Notes under the pieces: generated by a model
What the model was told of the DNA's origin: nothing
Seen by the model: the letters and a program-made list of their open reading frames with translations, nothing else
Database searches by the model: none
Position numbers and translations under genes: made by a program
Shown: piece after piece, positions 8,337 to 18,240 of the stretch
How positions within the stretch are numbered: the stretch's first letter is position 1
How the letters are laid out: each line of letters starts with the position of its first letter
From: Candidatus Sumerlaeaceae bacterium
GTDB taxonomy: Bacteria > Sumerlaeota > Sumerlaeia > Sumerlaeales > Sumerlaeaceae
DNA: 64,000 nt
Reading direction: 5' to 3'
NCBI GenBank assembly: GCA_049968255.1
Contig: JBMFRB010000002.1
Coordinates: 320,001-384,000, forward strand

Positions 8337-10871
8337 ATGACTCAGAAACACAAAATCGTGTGCGTACTTTTCTTAACCGCGGTTTTTTTTGTTTCGGCAA
8401 GTGGGCATGCCGACAAACTTGTTTTTCGTACGGGTAGTGTGATCGAGGGGATAATTCTTGAGGAAACAGCGGACCATATTCTTTTTCGCGATCGCAGCGG
8501 AGAAGTCCGCAGCTATAGCAAAACGTTGTTGCAGTCCGTTCAGCGCGAGGAGTCCGCGCTTGGCACCAGTGTGGCGGATGTATTGCAGCGTGCTAGGAGT
8601 TATCGCCAAGCAGGCAAATTCGACGCCGCGCTGGAGGTTCTCGTGCAAGCAGCCGCGAATGCGCCTGGAAGTGCCAACGCTTTGTCTGAGGAATTTCAGG
8701 CGACGCTCTTCCAGCTCGATGCGGCGCTCAAGGAAGTGTATCCGCGCGATAAAAGACGAGCTCGCGAACTTCTTGTCACAAGACAGAAAAGCTTGCAAAG
8801 CTCTGGGACTTTGCTTCTCGTCCCGGCCAGGGCAACTCTCGAGTCATGGCGAAAAGAAACCAGCAAATCACTAGCTGCGATAGACTATGAGTTGGCGGTG
8901 TCATTCTCGCAGCAGCCTAATAAACTTCCACAAATTCGGGAACTACTCCTCGAGGCTATTGCACTCGACCCACAAAACGCGAATGCACATCTTTATCTCG
9001 CGGATACGGCCCTGGCACTGGACGATATCGCATTGGCTATGCGCGAATATAAAACGGCGTTGGGATTTTCGGGAACAAGTACAGAATTTCGTCAGCGTGC
9101 CGAACAAGGCTTGCAGGTAGCTCAAGCTCGATTAGCAGCTCGGCAAACACCAGCTCCGGTGCGCACGCAACTCGAGTTGCAATCCCCACCAGGTACCCAA
9201 TCGCTCTCGCCACAGCCCGAGGCTCAGCCGTCGACAAAGTTTGCCGTCTGGCTGGCTATCGTGGAGCAGCGTCTGGAAAAAACTGGCATCATGGCTTATG
9301 TTCGCCCGGTCTGGCGCGAAATAAGTAGTGGAGAATACAATGCGTACCTTATTGGGGTCCCCTCTTTTGTTTTTGTGTTTTGGCTTCTCCCTTACTGGTT
9401 CGTCCGCTACCGCTCGAAAAATGGCGATGTGCTGGCAGCAGAGCTTCGTGAGCCCGCCAAGAAAATTGGTTTGGTGGCTTTACTGCTTTACCTCGGGCGT
9501 GCGTTGAAATCGGCAAAACCGAAAAACCGCTGTCCCTTTTGTAACAAGAGCCTCGATAAATTGGATGCTTACACGGATCTCAACTTCTACGCCTGCCCGC
9601 ACTGCCATGAACCGATAACGCCAATTTATGATCTCAAGGATTACATAGACCATCTCGTCAAACAGATCGAGCTCCAACTCAAGCACTCGAAAGAAAGCGT
9701 CATCGCGGGCGTCGAACGTGATCTCATGCTGAAGCTCGTGCGCGCGGTTATAACACTAGCAGTGCGCAGACGCGCCAGCGATTTGCATTTGGAGACCGAG
9801 GTCGACGGCGCCAAGCTCCGTGTCCGCATCGACGGCATGATGTACGATTTCATGCATTTACCGCGCAGCGTGTCGTTGGCGTTTATTTCGGCTTTGAAAA
9901 TCATGGCGAACCTCGACATCACCGAACGGCGAATTCCGCAGGACGGCAAGATCGGCATGTGGATAGATAAGGTAGATCTTGACCTACGCATCAACACCAG
10001 CCCCGCAGCCATGGGAGAAAAGGTCACTATTCGAATTTTAAATCCGAAAAGCATTGCTGTAGATCCGGTGCGGCTTGGCCTGGAGGGTGAGAATCTTGAA
10101 CGATTTGAACGAGCGATTCATCGTCCGCACGGCATGATTATCGTCACTGGGCCGGCTGGCTCAGGCAAGTCTACCACGCTTTACGTGGCACTGAACCTCA
10201 TCAACACAGGGGAAAAGAACATTGTGACCTTAGAGGACCCCATCGAGTACCAGATCAAAGGGGCGTCGCAAATGCAGGTCAACCCTGCTACCAATTTTAC
10301 TTTTGCCACGGGACTGCGTTCAATCCTTCGCCAGGATCCCGATGTGATTATGGTCGGCGAGATTCGGGATTCTGAAACAGCCGAGATTGCGGTCGAAGCT
10401 GCTTTGACTGGGCACTTGCTGCTGACAACTCTTCACACGATTGATTCGGCCACAGCGTTCGCGCGCATGGCAGATCTTGGTGTGGACACATCGCGGATGG
10501 CAAGTGCGCTCATTTGCATCATTGCCCAACGTCTCGTCCGCACGATCTGCCCGAACTGTAAGAAACCTTACAAACCAAAACGAGAGCTGCTTGAGCAACT
10601 CAACGTCGTCGAAGTACCACGGGATTTCACTTTCGTGCATGGGGCAGGCTGTGCCGAGTGCATGAATACAGGCTACTGTGGCAGAATGGGATTGTTTGAA
10701 TTCCTCATGCCCGATGACCAGATGCGCGAGGTGCTCGAAGGGGCCCCGCCTGTGTCAGTTATCAGAGAACTCTCGCGGAAAAAAGGATTTGCTTCGCTGA
10801 AAGAAGAAGGTGTGCGTCGAGTGCTCAGCGGACTCACAACTGTCGAAGAAGTTTTGCGGGTGACAAGCTGA
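8337..10871 (+). CDS. GspE/PilB-family secretion/pilus ATPase fused to N-terminal signal peptide, TPR region, TM segment(s) and Zn ribbon
   Basis: The C-terminal half has ASDLHLE, RIPQDG, Walker A GPAGSGKS, TLEDPIE, LRQDPDVIMVGEIRD, His box TGHL..TTLHT, CPNC...CAEC..TGY.GR and G.TTVEEVLRV. The N-terminus has a Sec-type signal peptide (..VSASGHA|D) and TPR-like helices. Confidence 0.9.
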   Translation: MTQKHKIVCVLFLTAVFFVSASGHADKLVFRTGSVIEGIILEETADHILFRDRSGEVRSYSKTLLQSVQREESALGTSVADVLQRARSYRQAGKFDAALEVLVQAAANAPGSANALSEEFQATLFQLDAALKEVYPRDKRRARELLVTRQKSLQSSGTLLLVPARATLESWRKETSKSLAAIDYELAVSFSQQPNKLPQIRELLLEAIALDPQNANAHLYLADTALALDDIALAMREYKTALGFSGTSTEFRQRAEQGLQVAQARLAARQTPAPVRTQLELQSPPGTQSLSPQPEAQPSTKFAVWLAIVEQRLEKTGIMAYVRPVWREISSGEYNAYLIGVPSFVFVFWLLPYWFVRYRSKNGDVLAAELREPAKKIGLVALLLYLGRALKSAKPKNRCPFCNKSLDKLDAYTDLNFYACPHCHEPITPIYDLKDYIDHLVKQIELQLKHSKESVIAGVERDLMLKLVRAVITLAVRRRASDLHLETEVDGAKLRVRIDGMMYDFMHLPRSVSLAFISALKIMANLDITERRIPQDGKIGMWIDKVDLDLRINTSPAAMGEKVTIRILNPKSIAVDPVRLGLEGENLERFERAIHRPHGMIIVTGPAGSGKSTTLYVALNLINTGEKNIVTLEDPIEYQIKGASQMQVNPATNFTFATGLRSILRQDPDVIMVGEIRDSETAEIAVEAALTGHLLLTTLHTIDSATAFARMADLGVDTSRMASALICIIAQRLVRTICPNCKKPYKPKRELLEQLNVVEVPRDFTFVHGAGCAECMNTGYCGRMGLFEFLMPDDQMREVLEGAPPVSVIRELSRKKGFASLKEEGVRRVLSGLTTVEEVLRVTS

Positions 10872-10885
10872 TCGGCGCGCCCAGA

Positions 10886-12085
10886 CTAGTCCATTGGCCA
10901 GTTGGGATCGCGGCTGAGGGCTTTCTCATCGGGAAAGCCGAGAACTTCGTAGTAGAGTTCCAGATATTGGCGAACGATTTTTCTTTCGCTGAAGAGTCGT
11001 TGTGCGCGTAAGCGTCCAGCACGTCCAAGACGGCTGGCTAATTCGCGGTCAGCAAAGATTCGCGTGACAGCTTCTGCCAAGCAGCCAATGTCGCCAACGG
11101 GACAAAGAAAGCCCGTTTTTCCGTGCTCAACCACTTCGCTGAGTCCACTGCCTTCAGTGCCAACAACAGGAACGCCACTAGCCATGGCCTCTAGTGCAGC
11201 CATTCCAAAAGATTCGTACTCACTTGGCAAAATGAGTGCATCGGCTAAACTATAGAAGTCTTCGATATTTGGATATTTACCTAAAAAGATAACATCCTTC
11301 GAGAGCTTAAGGCGATGAGCAAGTTTTTCCGCATGGGGACGTTCCGGACCGTCGCCTATAAGAATGAGCTTTGATGGAACCGCTTTCCGCACGATGTTGA
11401 ATGCTCCCACAACGTCGCGCACTCGCTTGACTGGCCGAAAATTCGACACGTGGAGAAGGACCTTCTCCTGCAGTGAGGCAAAGCATTCGCGAGACAGGCG
11501 TCTTGGACCTGGCCGAAAACGTGAGCAATCTACGAAATTGTAAATGACCGTCGGTGGCGTGTTTAGGGCGAATCCTTTTTCTGCACGTTGGGCAAGCCAA
11601 GCCGAGACGGCGGTTATTGCGTCGCTCTGCTCAAGAGCCCACTGCGAGAGCTCATAGAAGCTTGTTGTTCTGCCTACTAAGGTAACGTCCGTGCCATGAG
11701 CAGTCGTGATGAGCTTCGTGCGCGTGTTTTTTGTTACAAGCCGCGCCAAAGCTGCGACAATTGCGTGCGGAACAACATAGTGGGCATGAAGAATGTCGAG
11801 ATCTTCTTGCCGAATGACCTTGGCAATGTGCGAAGCCAGGTCGAGGCCCATCATCGGCGCTGGAAAGACGTCATAGTGGAATTGCTCCACCTCGTGATAA
11901 AAGAGGTTTTCCATGAACTCGGCCTGCTGGAGACGGAACGGGAGTTGGGGACTGAGAAAATGAACGCGATGGCCAAGACGCGCGAGTGCCTTGCCAAGTT
12001 CCGTTGCAATGACACCAGACCCGCCATGAGAACCGAAACATGCAATGCCAATGTTCAGCAAACGTCCTTTGCGGCGAACGGCCAT
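10886..12085 (-). CDS. bshA: N-acetyl-alpha-D-glucosaminyl L-malate synthase (GT4)
   Basis: GGSGVIATELG..LA..GH.VH, HAHY.VPHA, HGTDVTLVG, HVSNFRPVKR and ESFG.AALEAMA.GVPV form the BshA signature set. Confidence 0.88.
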   Translation of the reverse strand: MAVRRKGRLLNIGIACFGSHGGSGVIATELGKALARLGHRVHFLSPQLPFRLQQAEFMENLFYHEVEQFHYDVFPAPMMGLDLASHIAKVIRQEDLDILHAHYVVPHAIVAALARLVTKNTRTKLITTAHGTDVTLVGRTTSFYELSQWALEQSDAITAVSAWLAQRAEKGFALNTPPTVIYNFVDCSRFRPGPRRLSRECFASLQEKVLLHVSNFRPVKRVRDVVGAFNIVRKAVPSKLILIGDGPERPHAEKLAHRLKLSKDVIFLGKYPNIEDFYSLADALILPSEYESFGMAALEAMASGVPVVGTEGSGLSEVVEHGKTGFLCPVGDIGCLAEAVTRIFADRELASRLGRAGRLRAQRLFSERKIVRQYLELYYEVLGFPDEKALSRDPNWPMD

Positions 12086-12107
12086 GGCCTTTCTCCTGGA
12101 TGTGGCT

Positions 12108-14024
12108 TCACCGCGGCAGTGGTTGCCGCATACCTCGAAGGTACACTAAAAGTATGCTGACATCCGCGGGGCTGACGCCAGCGATTCTCAGCGCTTGTCC
12201 CAGGGTTTCGGGGCGTTTCTGTGCAAGCTTTTGCGCAGCTTCTTTGCGCAGGCCTCGAACGGTAGCGTAATCAAAGTTCGGCGGAATCGGGTGATCATCA
12301 AGTCTGCGAAGCCTATCGACCTGGCTCTCCTGTCGCGCAATGTAACCAGCATATTTCACCATAAGCTCGACCTGCTCTATAACGCGTTGGCACTCGCAGG
12401 GAGACGTCTCCCACTCTAGCTCAAAAGGGGAGCCAAAGCCCAGTTGGGCCAGATCATGATACGTCATGTCGGGACGTGCCAAAAATTGCCAAAGAGACAA
12501 TCCCTTTTTCAAATCCGTAAGTCCGTACATCTCAGCAAGCGTCTCGGGCACATCATTCGGCCGAATGATGGTTGAACGCAGCCGATCGAGCTCTTTTTCG
12601 ATTGTCTGACGATAACGCACGAACTGGCCGTATCGTTCGTCGTCGATGAGCCCAAGCTTTCGTCCGAACTCTGTCAACCGCAGGTCAGCATTGTCTTGCC
12701 TGAGTAGCAGGCGGAACTCAGCGCGGGAAGTAAACATGCGATAGGGCTCAGTGTGATCTTTTGTGATGAGATCGTCAATGAGTACTCCGATATAGGCGTC
12801 GTTTCGACGAAGGACGAAAGGTTCTTCTTCCCGCACTCTTATAAGCACGGCGTTAATCCCGGCCATAAGCCCTTGAGCCGCTGCCTCTTCATAGCCCGTC
12901 GTGCCATTGATTTGACCAGCAAGAAAGAGCCCTCTTATGTTTTTACATTCAAGTGTAGTGCGAATCTGGGAGGGAAAAACAAAAGTGTACTCGATTGCGT
13001 ACCCTACCCGGGTTATGCGGGCTTGTTCTAGCCCTCGGATGGTGCGGAGAAATTGCCGCTGGATTTCTTCCGGCAGCGATGTGCTGACGCCGTTTACATA
13101 GATTTCATTTGTGTCAAGCCCCTCTGGCTCAAGGAATACCTGGTGGCGCTCCTTGTCAGCAAAGCGCACACACTTATCCTCGATGCTTGGGCAGTAGCGC
13201 GGCCCCACACTTTTGATGTAGCCGCCGTACATGGCGCTCCGATGCAAATTGTCTAAGATAATTTTATGGGTCTCGGCATTTGTGTAGGTTAGATAACACG
13301 GCAATTGGGGCAAAACTGGTCCGCGACTTGTAAAAGAAAACATGGGGGGGGGATTGTCGCTGTATTGTGGCTCGAGAATCTCCCAGTTGACTGATCTTCG
13401 ATCCAGCCTGGCGGGCGTTCCGGTCTTTAGCCGTCCCGTGTGTAATCCTAATTCTCGTAAAGATGTCGAAAGGGTTTCTGCAGCGCACTCCCCTGCTCGT
13501 CCTGCAGGAAATGAGCGGTCGCCAATGTGAATAATTCCGTCAAGAAAGGTTCCTGTAGTCACAATGACAGCGCGACAGGCGAGTGTTTCGCCAGTTTGTA
13601 AAACGACGGCCGTGATGTATGCTCCGCTACCGTCGCTTTGCCAAAGAAGCCTTTCCACTGTGCCTTGACGTAAGTCGAGGTTAGGAACGTTTTCGAGGAA
13701 ATACTTCATCCAACGCGCGTAGCGAATTTTGTCCACCTGTGCACGTGGAGCTCGGACAGCTGGCCCTTTAGAGGTGTTGAGCATGCGGAACTGAATGCCA
13801 TTCTGGTCCGTCGCAAGGCCCATAATGCCGCCGAGAGCGTCAATTTCGCGGACAAGATGTCCTTTCGCAAGACCGCCAACGCTGGGGTTGCAACTCATAA
13901 GTGCAATGTGATCAAGGTGCATTGTGAGCAAGAGCGTGCGCGCCCCCATCCGCGCCGCAGCATAGGCTGCTTCGCATCCGGCGTGCCCCGCCCCAACGAC
14001 GATGATGTCGTAGCGATTATCCAT
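12108..14024 (-). CDS. mnmG: tRNA uridine 5-carboxymethylaminomethyl modification enzyme
   Basis: GAGHAGCEAA, MSCNP, RLKTGTP.R, GPRYCPSIEDK, GQINGTTGYEEAAAQG and EPYRMFTSRAE. Confidence 0.98.
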   Translation of the reverse strand: MDNRYDIIVVGAGHAGCEAAYAAARMGARTLLLTMHLDHIALMSCNPSVGGLAKGHLVREIDALGGIMGLATDQNGIQFRMLNTSKGPAVRAPRAQVDKIRYARWMKYFLENVPNLDLRQGTVERLLWQSDGSGAYITAVVLQTGETLACRAVIVTTGTFLDGIIHIGDRSFPAGRAGECAAETLSTSLRELGLHTGRLKTGTPARLDRRSVNWEILEPQYSDNPPPMFSFTSRGPVLPQLPCYLTYTNAETHKIILDNLHRSAMYGGYIKSVGPRYCPSIEDKCVRFADKERHQVFLEPEGLDTNEIYVNGVSTSLPEEIQRQFLRTIRGLEQARITRVGYAIEYTFVFPSQIRTTLECKNIRGLFLAGQINGTTGYEEAAAQGLMAGINAVLIRVREEEPFVLRRNDAYIGVLIDDLITKDHTEPYRMFTSRAEFRLLLRQDNADLRLTEFGRKLGLIDDERYGQFVRYRQTIEKELDRLRSTIIRPNDVPETLAEMYGLTDLKKGLSLWQFLARPDMTYHDLAQLGFGSPFELEWETSPCECQRVIEQVELMVKYAGYIARQESQVDRLRRLDDHPIPPNFDYATVRGLRKEAAQKLAQKRPETLGQALRIAGVSPADVSILLVYLRGMRQPLPR

Positions 14025-14157
14025 GAATTATGCCACTCGGCTGAATGCGAACAGATTTTTACGACTATTTTTTCGCATGTTTTACTTACACATTTGGACG
14101 GTTTGAGTTCGTTTTTGTGCTAAGCAAACAGCAGCGCGAGTTTTCAGGAATTGTACG

Positions 14158-14934
14158 ATGAACAAAATGTTAGCGGGTAAAACAGCAGTTGTTTTTGGCG
14201 TCGCGAACCGACGCAGTATTGCCTGGGCTATCGCCGAAGCGTGGGCGAAAGAAGGCGCTAAAATTATCTTTAGTTATCAAGGTGAACGCCTTGCGGGAAA
14301 TGTTCGCGAGTTGGCTGAAACACTTGATAGTGAGCCATGGGTAGCTCCATGCGACGTGACATCTGATGAAGAAATTCATAGCTTTTTTGAGTTTGTGCGT
14401 AGCAAAACTCCTCGTGTGGATTTGCTGCTTCACAGTATCGCCTATGCCCCGCGGGAAGCTCTTGATGGACTTTTTCTCGAAACGAGCCGAGAGGCCTTCC
14501 ACGTAGCAATGGACGTGAGTGTTTATTCCCTCATTGCCTTAGCCCGCGAAGCAGCACCGCTCCTTAGCGGGGGAGGCAGTATCATCACGCTGTCTTTCTA
14601 CGGCGCACAAAAGGTTTTCCCGCACTACAACGTTATGGGCGTGGCTAAAGCAGCACTCGAATCAGCGGTGCGCTATCTGGCTTACGATCTCGGTCCGCGC
14701 AAAGTTCGCGTAAATGCTATTAGCGCGGGCCCGGTCAACACGTTGGCAGCTCGCGGCATTAGCGGGTTTACGGAAATGTTGGCCCGATACGCTGAGCTAG
14801 CGCCTATGGGGCGGAGCTGCAATCAGGAAGAAATAGCTCAGACCGCCTTGTTTCTCGCGAGCGACGGTGCCTCGGCTATTACGGGGCAGACAATCTTCGT
14901 GGACGGCGGCTACGAAATCATGGGCATGCGCTAG
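14158..14934 (+). CDS. fabI: Enoyl-ACP reductase (NADH)
   Basis: GVANRRSIAWAIA, YNVMGVAKAALE and RVNAISAGPVNTLAA. Confidence 0.96.
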   Translation: MNKMLAGKTAVVFGVANRRSIAWAIAEAWAKEGAKIIFSYQGERLAGNVRELAETLDSEPWVAPCDVTSDEEIHSFFEFVRSKTPRVDLLLHSIAYAPREALDGLFLETSREAFHVAMDVSVYSLIALAREAAPLLSGGGSIITLSFYGAQKVFPHYNVMGVAKAALESAVRYLAYDLGPRKVRVNAISAGPVNTLAARGISGFTEMLARYAELAPMGRSCNQEEIAQTALFLASDGASAITGQTIFVDGGYEIMGMR

Positions 14935-14981
14935 CGTCGATCTCGCTCCACAACGTATTGACGAGGGTTCGAAATCATGAG

Positions 14982-17417
14982 ATGAGTGGCCGAGACGACA
15001 ATGCAAAAGCGCGGGCACCGTGCTCGACTTCTCTATTTTTCGAATGGGGCGCCTCTGCGCTCGGCATTGCTGTGGGATGTATTGTTCCGTTGTGGCCTGG
15101 GAGAGTGCTTTCCACAGCTTCGCTTCCCGGTGCTCCGAGATCGGATTTTGAATACTACTTTTTCCCACTGCGATGTCATCTCGCGCGCGTTTGGGGCAGT
15201 GGCATCATCCCGTTTTGGAATCCTCACCTGTTCTGCGGCTATCCGGTCATTGAATCTGTTCAGAGCGCCGTGCTTTATCCCTTCAACGCACTGGGGCTAA
15301 ACGTGCCGGCCGCTGAAGCCATTGTCTATCTCACCGCGGCGCATCTGGTTCTCAATTATCTAACCTGGTGGTTGGCACTACGCAAAGGCTTCGGATTTTC
15401 CTGTGCCACAAGTTCTGTCACTGCCGCTCTCGCGAATGTCTCGGCTTTGCTACCTTACCGATTTTTTGCTGGCCATCTGACAATCATTTTCGCTTTTCCC
15501 TGGATTCCACTCCTTGGCGCTGCTGCGTATCAACTTGTCCGACAGAGATCCTTTGTGTTGCGCTGGTGGGGCTGGGCCGTTGTGTGCTCTTCACTTGTTA
15601 TCACTGCTGGGGCACCACAGTTTGCTTTATTTGCTTTTTATGGCGCCATTGTACTCGCCACAGCCAAGGCGATATGCGGAAAAAGCGCCTACCATTTGTC
15701 GGGCGCTGTAGGAGCTTTGTTTCTCGGTGGGCTTCTGGCTTTGCCCCAAATCGCGGCCACACTCGATTACATTCCCTTTTCTGCGCGCCAGGGAAGCTGG
15801 ACCGCTCCTTACGATTCTGCCGGTTTTTGCGCCGCCGTTCTGGAAACCCTTTTACCTGCCCCGCTAGGCGACGGTGTTACCGAGATGCATATGAACGAGC
15901 GCGGCGTCTGGGACACCGCCGGGTACTTTGGGGCGATAGCTCTAGTTGCTGGATTTTTAGAGGCAGGATGCTTTTTCAAACGGGGGTTAGCAAAAAGTGA
16001 TCCACGCGCCTTCGCTGCGCTGATGCTGTTGTGCTTCGCGATTTATATCATGAGCGGTGGTTACTTGCCTGGTTTCAGCGGAATCCGCGAAAGTCAACGC
16101 GCCCTCGTTCTTTTACATTTTAGCGCATTGCTTTTCGTTGCCCTTTTTCTCGACTCGATGAGGAAGCTTTCAAGGACAAGGCTCCTTCGCCGACGTATTT
16201 GGGGGTATTATTTTGCGATTTTTCTTTCTGCCGTTGCTGCGCTCATCGTTTTTCAGCAGCTTTCTGCGGCGCAATTTTCCCCGATTTTGTCGTGGATTGT
16301 TCATCGCTGTCTTGGACAACTTACTTTTTCATCCCGGGAGTTACCTGACACGGCAACCTATTTGTTCCTCACTTTCCAGCGCAGCCTTAATTGGGTCGTT
16401 GGCTGGCTGGCTCTTGCAGCTCTCGCGACAACGGTTTCGCTTTATCGGCCCCAGACCGGATGGCTGATTTTAGCAATTCTCATGCTTCTCGATCCGTTGC
16501 TTCTTCACTACGATGCTTATCAGTGTAGAACACGAATGCGCGACATGGGGTATCCACTTGGTCTAGAAAACACTCTTGCTTCAGTCGCCGAGCAGCGTAA
16601 AAAACAACGTCTACCGCCCCCACGTTTTGTGTTTCCTACGAGCCATACGAATATTGCCCAGTGCACGGATGGAGTTTACGATGCGGGTGGCTACGACCCC
16701 TTGATGCCTGCGCTGGCACTGGCTCGCCGAGGCTGGATTACTGGCAGTGTTTCTTTCGAGGCGCGACAGCACGCAACCTTCGCAGCGCTTGGAGTGTGCG
16801 GAGTTCTCGATGAACCCAAACATCAGCCAGAGTTTGTGCCCCCACCTCAAAGGCTCATCACTCTGCGACACGTGCCTTGCGCGAACGGTGCAGCGGAACT
16901 CGTCACTGAGGTCGGCCTGCAACCACGATCATACTTGTTCGGTCCTGTCGATGGGACGACCCACACTGTGGAGAGTGATCAGTTGCTTATCGAAATACGG
17001 CGCTGGCTCAGAAAGTCTGATCTTGCGACGGCACAAAACCTTTCCACGTCATCTGTCCGTGGAAAAGTTCGCTGGTATCAGACACCGAATCCGAATCACA
17101 TATGGTTGAGTTGTTTCAGTGAAGTCCCTCAGCTTCTGGTTGTTCACACCACCTGGCTACCGGGGTGGCGAGCAACAGTGGAAAGTGGTCGTGGCGTGCG
17201 ATTCCAGAAGCTATTGCGCTGTAATGGTTGGATGATTGGATGCCCTGTGCCAGCGGGGTATTCCTTCGTCAAACTTGATTATGCACCTCGCTCATGGCAT
17301 CTGTCTGTGTTTCTGTCGCTTACAGTACTTACGGCGGTGATCGTTTTCGTAGGGGGGCGCACTTCAGCTCGAACGCGAGCAGTGAACGCGAGGACAACTA
17401 GTACTCCCAGGGCTTAA
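14982..17417 (+). CDS. YfhO-like polytopic membrane protein (putative GT-C glycosyltransferase)
   Basis: P.WNP....G.P....Q..VLYP.N motif and many TM helices, then GYDPL, a PGW.A.V...V.L.Y.P C-terminal beta domain and a final TM. Start uncertain (14958/14982). Confidence 0.72.
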   Translation: MSGRDDNAKARAPCSTSLFFEWGASALGIAVGCIVPLWPGRVLSTASLPGAPRSDFEYYFFPLRCHLARVWGSGIIPFWNPHLFCGYPVIESVQSAVLYPFNALGLNVPAAEAIVYLTAAHLVLNYLTWWLALRKGFGFSCATSSVTAALANVSALLPYRFFAGHLTIIFAFPWIPLLGAAAYQLVRQRSFVLRWWGWAVVCSSLVITAGAPQFALFAFYGAIVLATAKAICGKSAYHLSGAVGALFLGGLLALPQIAATLDYIPFSARQGSWTAPYDSAGFCAAVLETLLPAPLGDGVTEMHMNERGVWDTAGYFGAIALVAGFLEAGCFFKRGLAKSDPRAFAALMLLCFAIYIMSGGYLPGFSGIRESQRALVLLHFSALLFVALFLDSMRKLSRTRLLRRRIWGYYFAIFLSAVAALIVFQQLSAAQFSPILSWIVHRCLGQLTFSSRELPDTATYLFLTFQRSLNWVVGWLALAALATTVSLYRPQTGWLILAILMLLDPLLLHYDAYQCRTRMRDMGYPLGLENTLASVAEQRKKQRLPPPRFVFPTSHTNIAQCTDGVYDAGGYDPLMPALALARRGWITGSVSFEARQHATFAALGVCGVLDEPKHQPEFVPPPQRLITLRHVPCANGAAELVTEVGLQPRSYLFGPVDGTTHTVESDQLLIEIRRWLRKSDLATAQNLSTSSVRGKVRWYQTPNPNHIWLSCFSEVPQLLVVHTTWLPGWRATVESGRGVRFQKLLRCNGWMIGCPVPAGYSFVKLDYAPRSWHLSVFLSLTVLTAVIVFVGGRTSARTRAVNARTTSTPRA

Positions 17418-18240
17418 GAATGTCTTTCCACGTTCGTGGAGGCTTGCGAAGCTCGTCCTCTATCATAAGCTCACAGGCACGGCGCCTATAGTTTTTTAGC
17501 GGCTGACCGTTGCCGAGCTCACTTTTCGCTTGTCGAAGCTTTGCCAAAAACTCGTCGGCCAGAACGATGCCGATGCTAGATGTCGCGCTCCAAACAGGGA
17601 GGATGAAGATCGATCCGAGAACTGTAAGAGATCCGATTGCACTGATCATTGCAAAAAAGAAAAAGGCGCTTATCCATAAGGACGGCAAAACAACCAGCGA
17701 GATGAGTGCAGTTCGCATCGAGGCGAAGAAACCAAGCCTATCAGGCGCCACTGCGACCGTGCCAAAGAGGGGCATGAGATAAACGAACCAAAAGATCATA
17801 AGATAACAAAATAAAATTACCACAACTAAACTTGCAAATCCCCACGGTTTGCCCAAACGACTCGCCTGAACTGCGTAAAAGTAAATATTGGACGAGACAA
17901 GCAAGGTGCCTAGGCCGGCAAAGGATGTATACATGACCGCGGCTTTGACTCTACCCATGGAGGGAAAAAGATAGGCGGCGGGATGAATCGGCTTCTCGTG
18001 GGCGATGCACTCCCCTAAACTGAAAAGCATTGCGACACTATAGATCAGCCATGCTCCCGCCAGACCTCCAATAATCCACCTTAGGCTCGGGATTCGGACA
18101 AGGAGAAAAAGTCTTTCAGCGTCTACCAGCAAAAATCCGAGCAGCCAGAAACCCGCTGCTGCAATTAATCCGGAAATAGTAAGCGTCCCAAGGTAGTCGT
18201 AGAGTCCCCAAAACAAGCGATGAAAAAGAAGTTTTATCAT
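17398..18240 (-). CDS. Hypothetical integral membrane protein
   Basis: About 5-6 hydrophobic segments. Start overlaps the murA stop (ATGA). Confidence 0.65.
   Translation of the reverse strand: MIKLLFHRLFWGLYDYLGTLTISGLIAAAGFWLLGFLLVDAERLFLLVRIPSLRWIIGGLAGAWLIYSVAMLFSLGECIAHEKPIHPAAYLFPSMGRVKAAVMYTSFAGLGTLLVSSNIYFYAVQASRLGKPWGFASLVVVILFCYLMIFWFVYLMPLFGTVAVAPDRLGFFASMRTALISLVVLPSLWISAFFFFAMISAIGSLTVLGSIFILPVWSATSSIGIVLADEFLAKLRQAKSELGNGQPLKNYRRRACELMIEDELRKPPRTWKDILKPWEY

Noticed and set aside
8214-8351. 46-aa N-terminal extension of PanC
   Set aside because: It would overlap the divergent ATPase gene start. Homology begins at ATG 8213.
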